A stretch of 64,000 bases of DNA, taken from positions 64,001-128,000 of the forward strand of contig CAWAOD010000009.1 in NCBI GenBank assembly GCA_963783575.1, read 5' to 3'. This stretch comes from an uncultured Spirochaetota bacterium (GTDB taxonomy: Bacteria > Spirochaetota > Brevinematia > Brevinematales > JAOACQ01). This document shows, piece by piece, positions 61,113-64,000 of the stretch. The notes beneath the pieces were generated by a model. That model was not told the DNA's origin, made no database searches, and saw nothing but the letters and a program-made list of their open reading frames with translations. The position numbers and the translations under genes were made by a program. Numbering within the stretch: the first letter of the stretch is position 1; every line of letters starts with the position of its first letter.

Positions 61113-62675
61113 ATGGCAGGAATGGTGAAAAATATTATGTATCAGGACATAAAAAAACTGAAACTTTTGGGGAAAAGTAAAAATGGTGTATCCCGGGAAC
61201 TGTCAATAGATATTAAGACAGTCCGGAAATATTGGACTATGAACGATGCTGAATACCAGAAAAGCCTGATGGAATTCTCTTTCCGTGAAAAAGAATTCGA
61301 AGGAATAAAAACAGATATATTGAAAGTATATGCAAAGAATGATTACATCCGGCTGAATATGTCTGCTTTGTATGACTATTTATTGGAGGTAAAAGGCAAA
61401 CTACCGGCGAATGAAAATACGATGAGGAATTTCGTACATTACCTGATTGAAAGCGGGCAGCTTACCTTGAATGAAAAGCGACGGTATTACACAAAAGTGC
61501 CTGACATGCCATATGGAAAGCAGCTCCAGCTTGATTTCGGTCAATATACCGACAGATATGGCAGAAGGTATTACATATTTGCCGCGGTGTTATCCGCCAG
61601 TCGTTTTAAGTATGCGGCCCTCCAGGAGAGGCCATTCCGGACAGAAGACCTGATCAATCATCTGTTGGACTGTTTCGCATATATGGGCGGGATACCGCAT
61701 GAACTTGTCATCGATCAGGACTGCACGATGGTTGCGAGTGAGAACTCAGGCGATATCATCTACACGAAAGACTTTCAGTATTTCATCGGGGAAATGGGTC
61801 TTAAAATGTATGTGTGCCGACCTGCTGACCCGGAAAGTAAGGGAAAGATTGAAAACGTAGTCAAATTCATCAAGCACGGTTTCTTCTCAGTCCGGGAGTT
61901 CAACAGTTTAATGGAAGCGGAAGAAAGCCTGATGAAATGGCTGGAAAGAAAAGCCAACGGGAGAATATCCCAGGCTACAATGAAAATACCACTGATAGAG
62001 ATTGAAACGGAAAGACCATATCTCCAATCTGTCAGGAATTCGATATTCCGTAAAGACAGGATAGGAGCAAGGGAAGAGCGCAGTGTAAGCGATAAATGCC
62101 GGATCGCAGTTGATGCAAGCCAGTATGATATTCCCGAAAAATACAGGAACGGTTCGGTGGACATCTACAAGACGGGCAGTCGGCTTTTTGTCTTTGACAG
62201 GATAACGGGAGAGCAAATCGCCGAATACCGGCTTTCAGTGATTCCGGGGCAGATTGTAACCAACAGGGCAATGATCCGGGAAATGGGAAAGAGTGTGCAG
62301 TTATTGAAAGAAGAAGTAAGCGGGTACTTTGATATTCCCGGCTGGAAGGATTTTCTTGAATGTAATTTCAGGAAGTTCAATCGTTATGTAAGGGACCAAT
62401 GTCTTTCCGGAAGAAAATACTTCAGGGACAAGATAATTGATACCGGGAAGCTTACACAAGCGATCTCAAACTGCCTGGAGAGTGATAGTTATTCCATGAA
62501 GGATTTGTGGGATAATTACCTGAACTGTTTTATAACAGAAAAGGCAGAAATACCCTTGAATGTTGAAAAGATTGTCAGGCCTTCAGTGAATCCTGAACAC
62601 TATCTTGAAGTAGCTAAATCAGACATCGGGAAATACCAGAGTTTCTGTGACTCCATCGGGGGCCGGCAATGTTGA
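61113..62675 (+). CDS. istA: IS21 transposase
   Basis: QLDFG, LSASR, GGIP.E..ID, PESKGKIEN. Confidence 0.95.
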   Translation: MAGMVKNIMYQDIKKLKLLGKSKNGVSRELSIDIKTVRKYWTMNDAEYQKSLMEFSFREKEFEGIKTDILKVYAKNDYIRLNMSALYDYLLEVKGKLPANENTMRNFVHYLIESGQLTLNEKRRYYTKVPDMPYGKQLQLDFGQYTDRYGRRYYIFAAVLSASRFKYAALQERPFRTEDLINHLLDCFAYMGGIPHELVIDQDCTMVASENSGDIIYTKDFQYFIGEMGLKMYVCRPADPESKGKIENVVKFIKHGFFSVREFNSLMEAEESLMKWLERKANGRISQATMKIPLIEIETERPYLQSVRNSIFRKDRIGAREERSVSDKCRIAVDASQYDIPEKYRNGSVDIYKTGSRLFVFDRITGEQIAEYRLSVIPGQIVTNRAMIREMGKSVQLLKEEVSGYFDIPGWKDFLECNFRKFNRYVRDQCLSGRKYFRDKIIDTGKLTQAISNCLESDSYSMKDLWDNYLNCFITEKAEIPLNVEKIVRPSVNPEHYLEVAKSDIGKYQSFCDSIGGRQC

Positions 62676-63418
62676 AGATAAGAGAACAAATCATAACTGC
62701 GCTTACAACTCTCGGGTTGAAGGGTATGATAAAACGGATTGATGAGGAAATTGGTGAGGCTGAAAAGGCAAAAGAGTCTTATCTGAGTTTTCTGCAGAGG
62801 CTGCTTTCTCTGGAATTGAATTATAGAGTGGAAAAACGTTTTCAGCGGAATATGGCAGGAGCACACTTCCCGGTCCGCAAAGATGTGGAAGGTTTTAATT
62901 TTGAAAAAGTGAATGGAATATCTAAAATGGATGTTTCACAGCTATTGGATTTCTGCTGGATTGATAATCATCATAACCTGTTGTTCTTTGGGTCTCCGGG
63001 GCTGGGGAAAACGCATCTGGCAATTAGTATCGGAATCCGGGCAGTTGAAAAGGGATATATTGTCTGCTTTGAAAGGATGACTACTCTCATTAAGTTTCTG
63101 AAAACGGCGGACATCCAGAGAAGCTCTGCTTTCAGGCTGAACCGGATGATGAAGTCACACTTATTAATCATTGATGAGATAGGTTACACACCTATCGAAA
63201 AGAAGGAGGCAAATCTATTCTTTAGTCTTGTAAGTGAATTGTATGAAAAGACATCAATTGTGATAACATCGAATAAGGGATTTCAGGATTGGGCTGAAAT
63301 GATGGGAGACCCGATTATGACAACCGCTCTTCTGGATAGGCTTTTACATCATTCAAATATTTATAACTTGAGCGGAGAATCTTACAGAATACAAAATTTG
63401 AATAAGGAGGTTGAGTAA
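62669..63418 (+). CDS. istB: IS21 helper AAA+ ATPase
   Basis: GSPGLGKTHLA, IIDEIGY, ITSNK, ALLDRLLHH, GESYR. Confidence 0.95.
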   Translation: MLKIREQIITALTTLGLKGMIKRIDEEIGEAEKAKESYLSFLQRLLSLELNYRVEKRFQRNMAGAHFPVRKDVEGFNFEKVNGISKMDVSQLLDFCWIDNHHNLLFFGSPGLGKTHLAISIGIRAVEKGYIVCFERMTTLIKFLKTADIQRSSAFRLNRMMKSHLLIIDEIGYTPIEKKEANLFFSLVSELYEKTSIVITSNKGFQDWAEMMGDPIMTTALLDRLLHHSNIYNLSGESYRIQNLNKEVE

Positions 63419-63437
63419 CCATTCTTTGCCTCCTCAC

Positions 63438-63553
63438 TATGGGAAATACTCACGTGGAAGGTATGGGGAAAACTCTTGTGAAGCATATGGGAAATACTCT
63501 TGTGGAAGGGGTGGGAAATTACCCGAGCGCAGATATGGGAAAAACTCTTGACA
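63438..63553 (+). repeat. Five 24-bp-period repeats at the IS21 right end
   Basis: TATGGGAAA(T/A)ACTCTTGTG consensus repeated head-to-tail. Confidence 0.85.
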
Positions 63554-63567
63554 TTTCCACCTGAATG

Positions 63568-63618
63568 GAAAAGTTTTTTCGAGCACCGGAGCGTTATAGC
63601 AGCGGTCGTACGAAGGTT
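63568..63618 (-). repeat. attC-like left half-site (R''/L'') downstream of the antitoxin gene
   Basis: CCTTCGTACGACCGCTGCTATAACGCTCCGGTGCTCGAAAAAACTTTT; the inner arm pairs with 60951-60974 across the IS21. Confidence 0.45.
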
Positions 63619-63628
63619 TCGCGGCGTA

Positions 63629-63919
63629 TTACTTAGCTGCATGTATTATTTTTAATACTTCGTCTTTTTCAAAATATTTTTTATTTGTATATTTATGAAG
63701 TATGCTTGAAATTAATGTTTGATATGGAATACCTTCATCTTCAGCAATCATTTTTATTTTTTCCAAATCAAAATTATTTAATCTTAAAGTAACAGCTTTT
63801 TTCTTTCCACTTGTCTTTAAAATTGTTTCGATTTTCTTTTTTTTATCTAATGAAATTGGTTTATATTCCAATGCTTCGTTTTCAATTATTTGTTCTGAAT
63901 TATCTAATTTATATTTCAT
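63629..63919 (-). CDS. BrnA/CopG-like (RHH) antitoxin
   Basis: KKKAVTLRL...DLEKIK..A..EGIPYQTLISSILHKY. Confidence 0.8.
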   Translation of the reverse strand: MKYKLDNSEQIIENEALEYKPISLDKKKKIETILKTSGKKKAVTLRLNNFDLEKIKMIAEDEGIPYQTLISSILHKYTNKKYFEKDEVLKIIHAAK

Positions 63920-64000
63920 TTTTCTTTCTCCTTATAAATCTTATGAAATTTTCTACTGGGATAAACAATTTTTATTATAATATTATTATTCTTATCAATA
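63916..64000 (-). CDS. 3' end of a BrnT-like toxin (partial, runs off the window)
   Basis: IDKNNNIIIKIVYPSRKFHKIYKEKEK*, with ATGA overlap onto the antitoxin start. Confidence 0.65.
   Translation of the reverse strand, partial: IDKNNNIIIKIVYPSRKFHKIYKEKEK

Larger units (their letters stand above)
61004..63553 (+). mobile_element. IS21-family insertion sequence (left end approximate)
   Basis: istA-istB; TG...CA ends; 24-bp-period TTTCCCATA subterminal repeats at both ends. Confidence 0.88.

Noticed and set aside
63438..63553. Regularly spaced repeats resembling a mini CRISPR array
   Set aside because: 24-bp period with no unique spacers, no cas genes, and inverted counterparts at the other end of istAB: these are IS21 terminal repeats

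Overview
AT-rich chromosomal window from a diderm bacterium, most likely a spirochaete. This is an inference from rplU-prp-rpmA with an extension-less L27, cdaA-cdaR without glmM, a PilZ/DUF1577-like protein and a TonB receptor. 1-17.6 kb is accessory metabolic and envelope DNA: a phytoene-desaturase-family oxidoreductase, a MORN/EF-hand gene broken by a 149-bp MITE, an aroE-like-rbsD-rbsK operon, an oversized nitroreductase with AhpD, an AraC-ABC exporter module and beta-barrel proteins. 17.7-24.7 kb is a cobalamin-riboswitch-controlled salvage/remodelling operon (btuB-cbiP-cobU-cobS-cbiR-cobT). 25-54 kb is mostly housekeeping (lctP, add, cdaAR, fabG, ruvB, rpsT, HU, mltG, dksA, rpmA/prp/rplU, a secondary Hsp70/J-domain pair), plus a structured rplU leader and an orphan sigma-54 promoter followed by a hairpin (candidate sRNA). 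56.5-64 kb is a very AT-rich, co-oriented, eroded gene-cassette-like array (amidohydrolase, GNAT, cupin, Sir2-like gene split by IS630, BrnT/BrnA-like TA) with attC-like half-sites, one of them hit by an IS21 element. About ten ordinary genes carry single-base frameshifts, probably long-read assembly errors. No CRISPR array, tRNA or rRNA was seen.
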